Under the pieces are notes generated by a model. It made no database searches. It saw only the letters and a program-made list of their open reading frames with translations, and was not told the origin of the DNA. Below are positions 1 through 8,838 of a stretch of 64,000 nucleotides of DNA, piece by piece. Both the position numbers and the translations under genes were made by a program. This stretch comes from an uncultured Enterobacterales bacterium (GTDB lineage: Bacteria; Myxococcota_A; UBA796; JAFGLY01). The stretch is taken from contig CAZEJJ010000010.1 of NCBI GenBank assembly GCA_964512185.1, positions 291 through 64,290 of the forward strand, given 5' to 3'. Within the stretch, counting starts at the first letter, position 1, and every line of letters starts with the position of its first letter.

Positions 1-14
1 AGGAGGAGTGAGGC

Positions 15-1700
15 GTGCGACCTCGTTCGTTCTTGCTACTTTTGCTGGCCGGCTGCGGCCACTGCAAGCCCGACGACAGCGACCCGGCGGGGCACAGCGG
101 CGACACGCAGGCCCCCGACAGCCCGCCGGGTGACAGCGACAGCGGCGGGGACGAGTCGGAGCCGCCCGAGGAGACCGGCGACACAGGCGACAGCGGCGAT
201 CCCCCCGTGGAGGACGCGGACGGCGACGGCTGGACCGCGGCTGCGGGGGACTGCGACGACAACGACCCAGCGGTGAACCCGGACGCCGTCGAGGTATCCG
301 GAGACGGCATCGACCAGGACTGCGACGGCTACGTGGATCTCGACGCCATGAACGCCTGGGACGCCAGCCTGTGGTGGGAGGGCGGCACAGCCTCGACCAC
401 CTGGTCCAGGCTCGGCTACCAGGGCATCGCGGTGCTGCCCGACCTGGACGGTGACGGGGGCGCCGAGCTGGCTGCCACCACTGACTACGCCGTCCACGTG
501 CTGCAGAGCTCGCTCATCGCCACGCACGAGCTGGCCTACGTGGAGGGCCAGGCCCTCGCCACCGTGGAACCCCGGAACCCGGACGATCCCCCCGGCGACT
601 ACGGACCGCGTGGGCTGGCCAGCGGGGAGGATCTGGACGGCGACGGGCTCTTGGACCTGGCGGTCATCCTGGGCAACGGAGCCGACGATGAGGTAGCCCT
701 GTTCGACAGCGCCAGCCTGGCGCTGGGAGGCAGCTTCCACCGCGACGACGCGCTGCTCCACGTGCACCTCGAAGAGTACTACAGCACCGGCCGCAACCTG
801 CTCTGGAGCGCCGACTACGACGGCGATGGGCTCGACGACCTGGTGCTGGGGGAGCCCTACGCCAGCTGGGAATCTGAGCATACTGCCGGGCGCGTGCGGA
901 TCTTCGGCGGCGCCGAGCTGGCCCTGGGGGCCGACCTGTTGGAGACAGACGCGACCGTGACGATCCTCGGCGACACAGACGTGGACCACTGGACCGGGAT
1001 GTACTGCCACGATCTCGGGGACGTGGACGGCGACGGCACAGCGGATCTGCTCGTGGCGGCGGGGAAAAACTCCGGTGTGCTCTCGGGCGCCGGTCTGGCC
1101 GCAGCCGACGGGATGCAGCGCCATGACGTGGCCATCACCACCCTCGACCACGGCGACTCCGCCTGGGCCGACGAGGGCTTCTCGCCAGGCGATCTGGACG
1201 GAGACGGGCGGGACGACGTGCTCCTGCTCAACCCCGACGCCGAGCTGGAGATCGAGGGGATCTTCTACGGCAGGAGCATCGATCTGTTCCTGGAGCTGGG
1301 GGCCGGGGGCACCCTCACCTACCATGACGCCGATGCCAGGCTGGTGAGCTCGGACACCAGCGTGGGTATCGGCACCATGGCCCACTCGGCCGGCCTCAGG
1401 GAGCAGGGGACGGACCTGCTGGTGGGCGGTTCCCATGGCGTGCTGATGATGCCCGTGGAAGAGCTGTCCCTGGAAGGCCTGACCGACCTGGCGGGCTGGG
1501 ATGACCTCATCGCCACCGATGGATACGGCTTCCACACCGCCAGCGAGCGCGGCAGGTCCTTGCTGGCCGCGGACCTGGACGGTGACGGCTTCGACGACGT
1601 GGTGGCCGGCAACAACGCCACGAACTCGGACTTCGAGTCTGACTTCGGCGTCTACGTCGCCCCAGGCCTCATCAGCCTGTTCCTGAACCCCATCGACTGA
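15..1700 (+). CDS. Lipoprotein with FG-GAP (integrin-alpha-like) repeats and one Cys-rich MopE-like putative metal-binding motif
   Basis: 561-aa ORF; GTG start 8 nt after AGGAGG (1-6); signal peptide with lipobox LLLAGC; CDDNDPAVNPDAVEVSGDGIDQDCDG; repeated DLDGDG/DYDGDG/DVDGDG loops. Confidence 0.8.
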   Translation: MRPRSFLLLLLAGCGHCKPDDSDPAGHSGDTQAPDSPPGDSDSGGDESEPPEETGDTGDSGDPPVEDADGDGWTAAAGDCDDNDPAVNPDAVEVSGDGIDQDCDGYVDLDAMNAWDASLWWEGGTASTTWSRLGYQGIAVLPDLDGDGGAELAATTDYAVHVLQSSLIATHELAYVEGQALATVEPRNPDDPPGDYGPRGLASGEDLDGDGLLDLAVILGNGADDEVALFDSASLALGGSFHRDDALLHVHLEEYYSTGRNLLWSADYDGDGLDDLVLGEPYASWESEHTAGRVRIFGGAELALGADLLETDATVTILGDTDVDHWTGMYCHDLGDVDGDGTADLLVAAGKNSGVLSGAGLAAADGMQRHDVAITTLDHGDSAWADEGFSPGDLDGDGRDDVLLLNPDAELEIEGIFYGRSIDLFLELGAGGTLTYHDADARLVSSDTSVGIGTMAHSAGLREQGTDLLVGGSHGVLMMPVEELSLEGLTDLAGWDDLIATDGYGFHTASERGRSLLAADLDGDGFDDVVAGNNATNSDFESDFGVYVAPGLISLFLNPID

Positions 1701-1897
1701 TCCGCCGCCTCCGGCACGGCGGGCAGGGCCTGGCTGCCGGGGCCGCCAATCCAGGGTGGCTTCTCTGAAATCCTTTTGTACGGCGGGATATCGCGCGAGC
1801 ACGGCGGCGCCGCCGCGTCCGATCGATCGGCACGCGCCAAAAACCTGCCCCCAACACGTTCAAATAGCCTGAAGGCGGCGCAAAAGCTCGTCGCCAA

Positions 1898-1922
1898 GCG
1901 GACAGTTTCTGTCCGCCTTTTT
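1898..1922 (+). terminator. Rho-independent terminator-like hairpin upstream of the nucleotide block
   Basis: GCGGACAG-TTT-CTGTCCGC stem-loop followed by CTTTTT. Confidence 0.5.
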
Positions 1923-2005
1923 GCACTACCGGGCGGGCACTTCACGTGGATCCGGGGGGACCCGTGACATATGGGAGCTGCCACCGTAGCCCCCCGGAGC
2001 GCCCC

Positions 2006-3496
2006 ATGGCCAAGGTCGTCTCCCTGGAGCCATCGCGGACCCTGGCTGAGTTCAGGCTCTTGCCCGGACTCACAGAGCGTACGCACGCCCACCACCTCAT
2101 CTCTCTCGGCACCTGCCTGGCCGAGCGCCCCGGCACCGCAGAGCATCTCTCGCTCAACATGCCGCTGTGCTCCGCCGCCATGCAGTCGGTGTCGGGCGCC
2201 CAGATGGGCATCGCGCTGGCGCGCGAAGGTGGTGCGGCGTTCATCTTCTGCTCGCAGTCCATCGCCAGCCAGTCCGCCATGGTCACCCAGGTCAAGCAGC
2301 ACAAGGCTGGCTTCGTCCAGCCCCTCACCGTCGGTCCCCGGCAGACCATCGCCGATCTGCACCAGATCGCATTGCGCACCGGCTACTCCACCTTCCCGGT
2401 GGTGAGCGAACAGGGCCGCCTGCTGGGCTTGGTCACGCGCAACGACTACCACGTGGACAAGCACGGCTCCTTGCCGGTCACCGAGCGCATGATCCCCCGC
2501 GACCGGCTCGACGTGGGGGTCGAGGTCACCAGCCTCAGCGAGGCCAACGACCTGCTGCTCGAGAGCCACCACTCGGGCCTGCCCATCGTGGACTCCCAGG
2601 AGCGGCTGCAGTACCTGGTGTTCAAGCGCGACATCCGCGATCAGCGCGAGCACCCGCTGCAGGTGGTGGATTCGCAGAAGCGCCTGCTGTCGGTGGCGGC
2701 GGTCAACACCCACGACCACGATCAGCGCGTGCCCGCCCTGGCAGAAGCCGGGGTCGACGCCCTGGCGCTGGACAGCTCCGACGGCTTCTCCGTCTACCAG
2801 GCCGAGACCGTCGGCTGGATCCGCGAGCGCTTTCCCGATCTGCCCATCATCGGGGGCAATGTCATCAGCGCTGCGGGCTTCCGCTACCTGGTGGCAGCCG
2901 GCGCCCACGCCATCAAGGTGGGCATGGGCGGGGGCTCCATCTGCATCACCCAGGAGCAGAAGGGCACCGGCCGAGGCCTGGCCACCGCCATCCTGGACGT
3001 GGTCCAGGAGCGCGATCGCTTCCACGCCGAGTCCGGCCGCTACGTCCCGGTCATCGCCGACGGCGGCATCGTCACCTCCAAGGACATGGTCATCGCGCTC
3101 GCTCTGGGAGCCGACTGCGTCATGGCGGGCCGCTGGTTCGCCCGCATGGAAGAGTCCCCCACCGAGAAGGTGCGCATCAACAACCGGGTCATGAAGCCCT
3201 ACTGGGGCGAGGGCTCCGCCAAGGCCCAGGAGTGGCGCAACGCCCGCTACCACCAGGGCAAGTTCGTCGAGGGCGTCGAAGGCTTCGTGGACTACGCCGG
3301 CTCCCTGGCCGACAACCTCGACTCCACCATGGCCAAGATCCGCGCCTCGCTCTCGTCCTGCGGCGCCGCCAGCATCCCCGAGCTGCACCGCGTGGCCCAG
3401 CTGGAGCTGGTCTCGCCCCTGTCCATCCGCGAGGGCAAGGTGCACGACATCCACATGGCCCCCAACGAGTCCTCCTACACCTCCAGCACGAGCTAG
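2006..3496 (+). CDS. guaB: IMP dehydrogenase family protein
   Basis: ATG at 2006 (MAKVVSLEPS) inside ORF 1946-3496; CBS-pair region; catalytic loop GGGSICITQE; IADGGI; stop 2 nt before purA start. Confidence 0.85.
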   Translation: MAKVVSLEPSRTLAEFRLLPGLTERTHAHHLISLGTCLAERPGTAEHLSLNMPLCSAAMQSVSGAQMGIALAREGGAAFIFCSQSIASQSAMVTQVKQHKAGFVQPLTVGPRQTIADLHQIALRTGYSTFPVVSEQGRLLGLVTRNDYHVDKHGSLPVTERMIPRDRLDVGVEVTSLSEANDLLLESHHSGLPIVDSQERLQYLVFKRDIRDQREHPLQVVDSQKRLLSVAAVNTHDHDQRVPALAEAGVDALALDSSDGFSVYQAETVGWIRERFPDLPIIGGNVISAAGFRYLVAAGAHAIKVGMGGGSICITQEQKGTGRGLATAILDVVQERDRFHAESGRYVPVIADGGIVTSKDMVIALALGADCVMAGRWFARMEESPTEKVRINNRVMKPYWGEGSAKAQEWRNARYHQGKFVEGVEGFVDYAGSLADNLDSTMAKIRASLSSCGAASIPELHRVAQLELVSPLSIREGKVHDIHMAPNESSYTSSTS

Positions 3497-3498
3497 AA

Positions 3499-4719
3499 AT
3501 GAGCACCTGCATCGTCCTGGGCTCCCAGTGGGGAGATGAAGGCAAGGGCAAGATGGTGGATCTGCTGGCGGCGGGCGCCGCGGTCGTGGTGCGCTTCCAG
3601 GGTGGGGCCAACGCCGGCCACACCATCTGGCACGGCGACCGCAAGGTGGTGCTGCACCAGGTACCCTCGGGCATCCTCACCCCTGGCTGCCTCAACCTGG
3701 TGGGCAACGGCTGCGTGGTGGATCCGGTGCTCATCCACCTGGAATTCGACGACCTCCGGGTGGCGGGTGTGGAGCCCACGCCTGAACGGCTGGGCATCTC
3801 CACCCTGGCGCACCTGATCACCCCCATCCACAAGCGCCTCGACGCCATCGGCGGGGGCCGCATCGGCACCACCGGCCGGGGCATCGGCTACTGCTACGCC
3901 GACAAGGCCCTGCGCATCGGCGTGCGCCTGCAGGCCATCCTCGACGGAGACCTCCAGCAGCGCTGCGAGATCCTGCTGCAGCACCACAGCCCCTGGCTCG
4001 AGAGCCATGATCCCGGCTCGGTCCAGCAGCTGGCCGTCCAGCTGCCTTCCTTCTACGAAGCCTGCGAGCGGCTCTCCCCCCTGCTGCGCGACATCCGTCC
4101 CGAGCTGCAGGCCGCGCTGCAGGCCGGCCGCAACGTGCTCTACGAGGGCGCCCAGGGCGCACTGCTCGACCTCGACCAGGGCAGCTACCCCTTCGTCACC
4201 TCCTCCAGCACGGCCCTGGGGGGCGCGCTCACGGGCACCGGGGTGTACACCCCCTTCCACGAGCGCATCGCGGTGCTCAAGGCCTACACCACCCGCGTGG
4301 GCAACGGCCCCTTCCCCACCGAGCTGCACGACACCACCGGCGAGCAGCTGCGCGCCAACGGGCGCGAGTTCGGCGCCACCACCGGCCGGCCCCGGCGCTG
4401 TGGCTGGCTCGATCTCTCCCTGCTGCGCGAAGCCTTCCGCGCCTCCGGCTACACCGGCATCGCGCTGACCAAGCTGGACTGCCTCACAGGGCTGCCCGAA
4501 GTGCGGGTTGCCACCGGGCGCGACGCCCTGGGCGAGCCCGTCTACCGCAGCTTCCCCGGCTGGTCCGAGGACATCTCCGCTGCCCGCGGCCTCTCCGACC
4601 TGCCCCCCCCTGCCCGCGCCTATGTGCACTTCGTAGCCGAGCAGCTCGGCACCCCCCTGGCTCTCTTGTCGACCGGCCCCGATCGCGACCAGACCATCCT
4701 CCTGGAGTCTCCATGGTAG
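3499..4719 (+). CDS. purA: Adenylosuccinate synthase
   Basis: MSTCIVLGSQWGDEGKGKMVD signature, GANAGHTI, TTGRGIG, GATTGRPRRCGW; in frame within ORF 2167-4719. Confidence 0.95.
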   Translation: MSTCIVLGSQWGDEGKGKMVDLLAAGAAVVVRFQGGANAGHTIWHGDRKVVLHQVPSGILTPGCLNLVGNGCVVDPVLIHLEFDDLRVAGVEPTPERLGISTLAHLITPIHKRLDAIGGGRIGTTGRGIGYCYADKALRIGVRLQAILDGDLQQRCEILLQHHSPWLESHDPGSVQQLAVQLPSFYEACERLSPLLRDIRPELQAALQAGRNVLYEGAQGALLDLDQGSYPFVTSSSTALGGALTGTGVYTPFHERIAVLKAYTTRVGNGPFPTELHDTTGEQLRANGREFGATTGRPRRCGWLDLSLLREAFRASGYTGIALTKLDCLTGLPEVRVATGRDALGEPVYRSFPGWSEDISAARGLSDLPPPARAYVHFVAEQLGTPLALLSTGPDRDQTILLESPW

Positions 4720-5810
4720 CCAGCAACGGCAAGGGCCCCTCCCAGCCGGGCCTCGACATCGACCTGGGCAACCTCTGCTCCAAGACCGCCTACGGCTGGG
4801 CCAAGCGCAGCTTCCAGAACCGCTGGAACAAGCTGGGCATGCCCTGCCTCAACGCCGAAGGTTCCTTCTCCAACCTGATGGAGTACGGCGAGCTGCGCAT
4901 CGCCATGAGCTCCGACGGCATCGGCACCAAGGTGGAGCTGGCCGAGCGCATGGGGGTCTACGACAGCCTGGGCTTCGACCTGGTGGCCATGACCTGCGAC
5001 GATCTCGCCGCCACGGGCATCGAGCCGGTCAACCTCAACAACGTGCTCGACGTGGACCGCCTGGACCACGAGGTGGTCGACGCCTTGATGCGCGGCCTGC
5101 ACGCCGCCGCCACCCAGGCCGGCGTGGCCGTGGTGGGCGGCGAGATCGCCGAGCTGGGCGATCGCATCGGAGGCTGGGGAACGGGCATGCACTTCAACTG
5201 GTGCGCCACCGCCATCGGCGTGCTGCCCAAGCCGCGCAAGCCCATCGACGGCACCGCGGTGGAGCCCGACCAGGCCGTGATCTCCGTGCGCAGCCGTGGC
5301 TTCCGCTCCAACGGCTTCTCCCTGATCCGGCGCGTCATGCAGCGGGCCCACGGCCCCCACTGGCACCGCGAGGCCGCCGACCACCGGCAGAGCTGGGGTG
5401 AGGTGCTGCTGGCTCCGTCGCTGATCTACTGCCCGCTGGTCAACGCCCTCTTGCGCGAAAAGTACACCCTCAGCGGCGTGGTGCATGTCACCGGCGGCGG
5501 CGTAGCCGACAACCTCTCCCGGGTGCTGGCCACCAACGGCCTGGGCGCCCACCTGGACGATCTGCACGAGCCCCAGGCCTTCGTGCGCGCCCTGCAGGCC
5601 CTGGGCGACGTACCCGAAGAGCAGGCCTACCGCCTGTGGAACATGGGCAACGGCCTGCTGCTCATCGTGCCCCGCGGCGAGCTCGAGGCGGCCTGCAAGT
5701 TCGCGGCTCGCAAGGGCTACATGGCGCGTCCCTGCGGACGCATCACCGACTCCCGCCACATCCTGCTGGAGACCAAGGGCTGCCACCCCACCCAGCTGGT
5801 CCACGAATAG
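4713..5810 (+). CDS. purM: Phosphoribosylformylglycinamidine cyclo-ligase (AIR synthase)
   Basis: SSDGIGTKVELA, GFDLVAMTCDDL and VTGGGVADNL motifs; ATG overlaps purA stop by 7 nt. Confidence 0.9.
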   Translation: MVASNGKGPSQPGLDIDLGNLCSKTAYGWAKRSFQNRWNKLGMPCLNAEGSFSNLMEYGELRIAMSSDGIGTKVELAERMGVYDSLGFDLVAMTCDDLAATGIEPVNLNNVLDVDRLDHEVVDALMRGLHAAATQAGVAVVGGEIAELGDRIGGWGTGMHFNWCATAIGVLPKPRKPIDGTAVEPDQAVISVRSRGFRSNGFSLIRRVMQRAHGPHWHREAADHRQSWGEVLLAPSLIYCPLVNALLREKYTLSGVVHVTGGGVADNLSRVLATNGLGAHLDDLHEPQAFVRALQALGDVPEEQAYRLWNMGNGLLLIVPRGELEAACKFAARKGYMARPCGRITDSRHILLETKGCHPTQLVHE

Positions 5811-5823
5811 CTCCGGAGAACCG

Positions 5824-8502
5824 ATGAGCCGCTCCCACCCCGCGGTCGTACAGCTCCACCTGGAACCGGGCGTGCCCGACGTGGCCGGCCGCCGCGTGTC
5901 CGAGGCAGCCCGCGCCTGGCTCGGCGTGGACACAGGTCGCGTCAAGACCGTGCAGGTCTATGTCATCGACTTCCCGCTCTCCGGCGGGCAGCTGCGCGAC
6001 TTCGCCCAGCAAGCCCTGCGCGACCGGGTCATCGAGCGGGTGCTGGTGGACGAGCCCTACAGCGATCCTGGCTACCGCTCCTTCGTGCTGGTGGCCAAGC
6101 ACCCGGGGGTCACCGACGACGTGGGCATCTCGGCCCAGCGCACCCTGGCCGACTGGCTCAACACCCAGCTCGACACCGCCACCCAGCACATCTTCGCACA
6201 GACGGTGTACCTGTTCGAGAACGCCGTGCCCGCCGAGCAGCTGCGCCAGCTGGCCGAGCAGGTGCTGGGCAACCCGCTGATCAACCAGTTCCGCTACGGG
6301 GCCTTCGACACCCTTCCCTGGGTGCACCCGGTGGTCAGCCTGCCCGCCGAGCCCGCGACCCACACCATCTCCCTGGACCTGCCGGACGACGAGCTGCTGG
6401 CGCTGTCCCAGCGCATGGTGCTCTCCCTCGATCTCGCCGAGCTGCACGCCATCCAGGCCCACTTTCGGGATCCGGCGGTGCGAGCGGGGCGCCGCCAGCG
6501 CAGCATGCCCACCGATCCCACCGACTGCGAGCTGGAGATCCTGGCCCAGACCTGGTCGGAGCACTGCAAGCACAAGGAATTCAACGCGCTGATCACCTAC
6601 CGCGACCTCGACACCGGCGAAGAGCAGGTGGTGGACTCCCTGTTCAAGACCTACATCCGCGGCTCCACCGAGGCCATCCGCGGCCAGCTGCGGGCCGCAG
6701 GCCACGACTGGTTGGTCAAGATCTTCTCCGACAACGCCGGCGTGGTGCGCATCGACGACGATCGCGTCTTCGTGTGGAAGGTGGAGACCCACAACACGCC
6801 CTCGGCGCTGGATCCCTACGGCGGCGCCATCACCGGTATCCTGGGCAACAACCGCGACCCGCTGGGCACCGGCGTGGGCGGCGCCCGGCTGCTGTTCAAC
6901 ACCAACGTGCTGTGCTTCGGCCCCCCGGGCTACGACAAGCCCCTGCTGCCCGGCCAGCTGCACCCCGCCCGCATCATGGAGGGCGTGCGCAGCGGCATCG
7001 AGGACGGGGGCAACAAGTCGGGCATCCCCACCGTCAACGGGGCCATCGTCTTCGACGATCGCTACGCGGGCAAGCCGCTGGTGTACTGCGGCACCGGAGG
7101 GGTCATGCCCAGCCACTACCTGGGCAAGCCCAGCTGGGAGAAGCCCATCGATCCGGGCGATCGCATCCTGATGGCGGGGGGTCGGGTGGGCAAGGACGGC
7201 ATCCACGGGGCCACCTTCTCCTCGGCCGAGGTTGACGAGAACTCCCCCCGCACCGCCGTGCAGATCGGCAGCCCCATCACCCAGAAGCTGCTGTCCGACT
7301 TCATGCAGCGCGCCTGTCAGCTGGGGCTCATCAAGTGCTCCACCGACAACGGCGCGGGCGGGCTCTCGTCTTCGGTGGGCGAGCTGGCCACCATCAGCGG
7401 CGGCGCCGTGGTGCAGCTCGAACACGTGCCCCTCAAGTACCCGGGGCTGATGCCCTGGGAGATCTTCGTGAGCGAGGCCCAGGAGCGCATGCAGCTGGTG
7501 GTGGAGCCCGACAAGCTGCAACAGGTCATGGATCTCGCGCGCCTGTTCGAGGTGGAGATCACCGACATCGGCGCCTTCACCAGCGATGGCCTGCTGCAGG
7601 TGCGCTACGGCGACGAGACCGTCGCGGCCCTCGACATCGAGTTCCTCCACGAAGGCGTGCCCCGCAAGCGCATGCTGGCAGAGTGGAGCGCCCCCAGGCT
7701 CTCCGAGCCCGATCTGCCCGAACCTGATGACCACGGCCAGGTGCTGCTGCGCCTGCTGGCGGCCGACGACATCTGCTCCCGCGAGCGCGTCATCCGCCAG
7801 TACGACCACGAGGTCAAGGGCAAGACCATCATCAAGCCGCTCATGGGCGCCGCGGGCGTGGCTCCTCAAGATGCGGCGGTGATGCGCCTGGGCTTCGACA
7901 GCTACGACGGCGTGGCGGTCAGCTGCGGCATCCTGCCGCGCTATGGCGACATCGACGCCTACGCCATGTCCGCCGGGGCCTTCGACGAAGCGGTGCGCCA
8001 GATCGTGGCCGTGGGTGGCCAGCTGCCCGATCCGGCCGATCCCACCAACCGCTTCTGGACGGTGAACGACAACTTCTGTGTGCCCGACTCGGCGTACCAC
8101 CCCGAGCACAACCCCGACGGCAAGTACAAGCTGGCCCAGCTGGTGCGCATGGCCCAGGCCCTGTACGACATGTCCACCTTCCTGGGCGTCCCCATGACCT
8201 CGGGCAAGGACTCCATGAAGAACGACTTCAGGGTCGAGGGCACCAAGATCTCCGTGCCGCCCACCATCCTCTACTCCATGGTGGCCCGCATCCCCGACGT
8301 GCGCCGCTGCGTCACCTCCCAGTTCCAGGCCGCCGGCGATGTCATCTGCCTGCTGGGGCGCACCGCCGACGAGCTGGGAGCCAGCCAGTACTACAAGCTG
8401 CACGGCCAGCTGGGCGCCAACGTACCCCAGGTGGACATGCCCAGGGCCCGCGAGCTGTACCAGCGGGTGCACAAGGCCATCTCCTACGGCCAGATCGCCT
8501 GA
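5824..8502 (+). CDS. purL: FGAM synthase subunit PurL with fused N-terminal PurS-like region; frame closed by an in-frame TGA at 8500-8502
   Basis: 892-aa ORF; N-terminal ~160 aa PurS-like; ETHNTPSALDPYGGA, DNGAGGLSSSVGE, TSGKDSMKND motifs; homology continues in the same frame after the TGA. Confidence 0.85.
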   Translation: MSRSHPAVVQLHLEPGVPDVAGRRVSEAARAWLGVDTGRVKTVQVYVIDFPLSGGQLRDFAQQALRDRVIERVLVDEPYSDPGYRSFVLVAKHPGVTDDVGISAQRTLADWLNTQLDTATQHIFAQTVYLFENAVPAEQLRQLAEQVLGNPLINQFRYGAFDTLPWVHPVVSLPAEPATHTISLDLPDDELLALSQRMVLSLDLAELHAIQAHFRDPAVRAGRRQRSMPTDPTDCELEILAQTWSEHCKHKEFNALITYRDLDTGEEQVVDSLFKTYIRGSTEAIRGQLRAAGHDWLVKIFSDNAGVVRIDDDRVFVWKVETHNTPSALDPYGGAITGILGNNRDPLGTGVGGARLLFNTNVLCFGPPGYDKPLLPGQLHPARIMEGVRSGIEDGGNKSGIPTVNGAIVFDDRYAGKPLVYCGTGGVMPSHYLGKPSWEKPIDPGDRILMAGGRVGKDGIHGATFSSAEVDENSPRTAVQIGSPITQKLLSDFMQRACQLGLIKCSTDNGAGGLSSSVGELATISGGAVVQLEHVPLKYPGLMPWEIFVSEAQERMQLVVEPDKLQQVMDLARLFEVEITDIGAFTSDGLLQVRYGDETVAALDIEFLHEGVPRKRMLAEWSAPRLSEPDLPEPDDHGQVLLRLLAADDICSRERVIRQYDHEVKGKTIIKPLMGAAGVAPQDAAVMRLGFDSYDGVAVSCGILPRYGDIDAYAMSAGAFDEAVRQIVAVGGQLPDPADPTNRFWTVNDNFCVPDSAYHPEHNPDGKYKLAQLVRMAQALYDMSTFLGVPMTSGKDSMKNDFRVEGTKISVPPTILYSMVARIPDVRRCVTSQFQAAGDVICLLGRTADELGASQYYKLHGQLGANVPQVDMPRARELYQRVHKAISYGQIA

Positions 8503-8838
8503 TGTCACGAGTGCTCCGATGGGGGCGTGGGGGTGGCCGTGGCCGAGTGCTGGTTGGGCTGGGGGCTGGGCTGCGAGGTGGAGATCGAGGTGGAGGACTG
8601 GGGCGTCGGCGCCACGGCCCTGCTCTACGCCGAGTCCCACTCCCGCTTCGTGGTCTCGGTGCCCGCCCACAAGCTGCAGGCCTTCCTGGAGCTCATGGGC
8701 ACCCACTGCCACGTGCTCGGCCGCGCCACCTCCAAGCCGCGCATGTGGGTCTGCCACCACGGCGATCCCATCATCAACCTGCCCGTCCAGGCGCTGCTCG
8801 ACGCCTGGCAGGGCGGCTCGGTGGGGAGGGTGTCATGA
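8503..8838 (+). pseudogene. purL: C-terminal remainder of PurL, same frame, downstream of the in-frame TGA
   Basis: 8503 is in frame with 5824; translation CHECSDGGVGVAVAECWLG... matches the conserved xSDGG(L/V)xVA(L/V)AE segment of PurL; stop overlaps purQ start (ATGA). Confidence 0.7.

Noticed and set aside
1880-2005. Purine or ZTP riboswitch upstream of guaB
   Set aside because: CUACCGGGC resembles the purine-riboswitch J2/3-P3 junction, and GCGGAC...GUCCGCC resembles ZTP P3. However, the required P2 loop, P3 pairing and the CCUGGGC element are absent. The hairpin is better explained as a terminator.
36-3454. 588-aa and 600-aa minus-strand ORFs (36-1802 and 1652-3454)
   Set aside because: They are antisense to the FG-GAP lipoprotein and guaB and have no recognisable motifs. 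These are GC-driven open frames.
2167-3498. N-terminal 444 codons of the 850-aa plus-strand ORF 2167-4719
   Set aside because: This part is out of frame with guaB and Arg/Pro/Gly-rich. Only the part from ATG 3499 (purA) is homologous to a real protein. The same logic applies to 8339-9673, 10105-13002, 12797-14047, 19885-20430, 21457-22653, 22761-23162, 33777-34187 and 43309-44331.
8500-8560. Selenocysteine insertion at the purL TGA
   Set aside because: I found no convincing SECIS-like stem-loop in the 60 nt downstream (only a weak 5-bp GCUCC/GGGGC pairing), and I know of no precedent for Sec at this PurL position. It is kept only as a low-probability alternative in the finding.
5743-8760. 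1005-aa ORF on the minus strand
   Set aside because: It is entirely antisense to the well-supported purL and has Ala/Gly/Val/His-rich low-information sequence. This is a typical shadow ORF of a high-GC3 gene.
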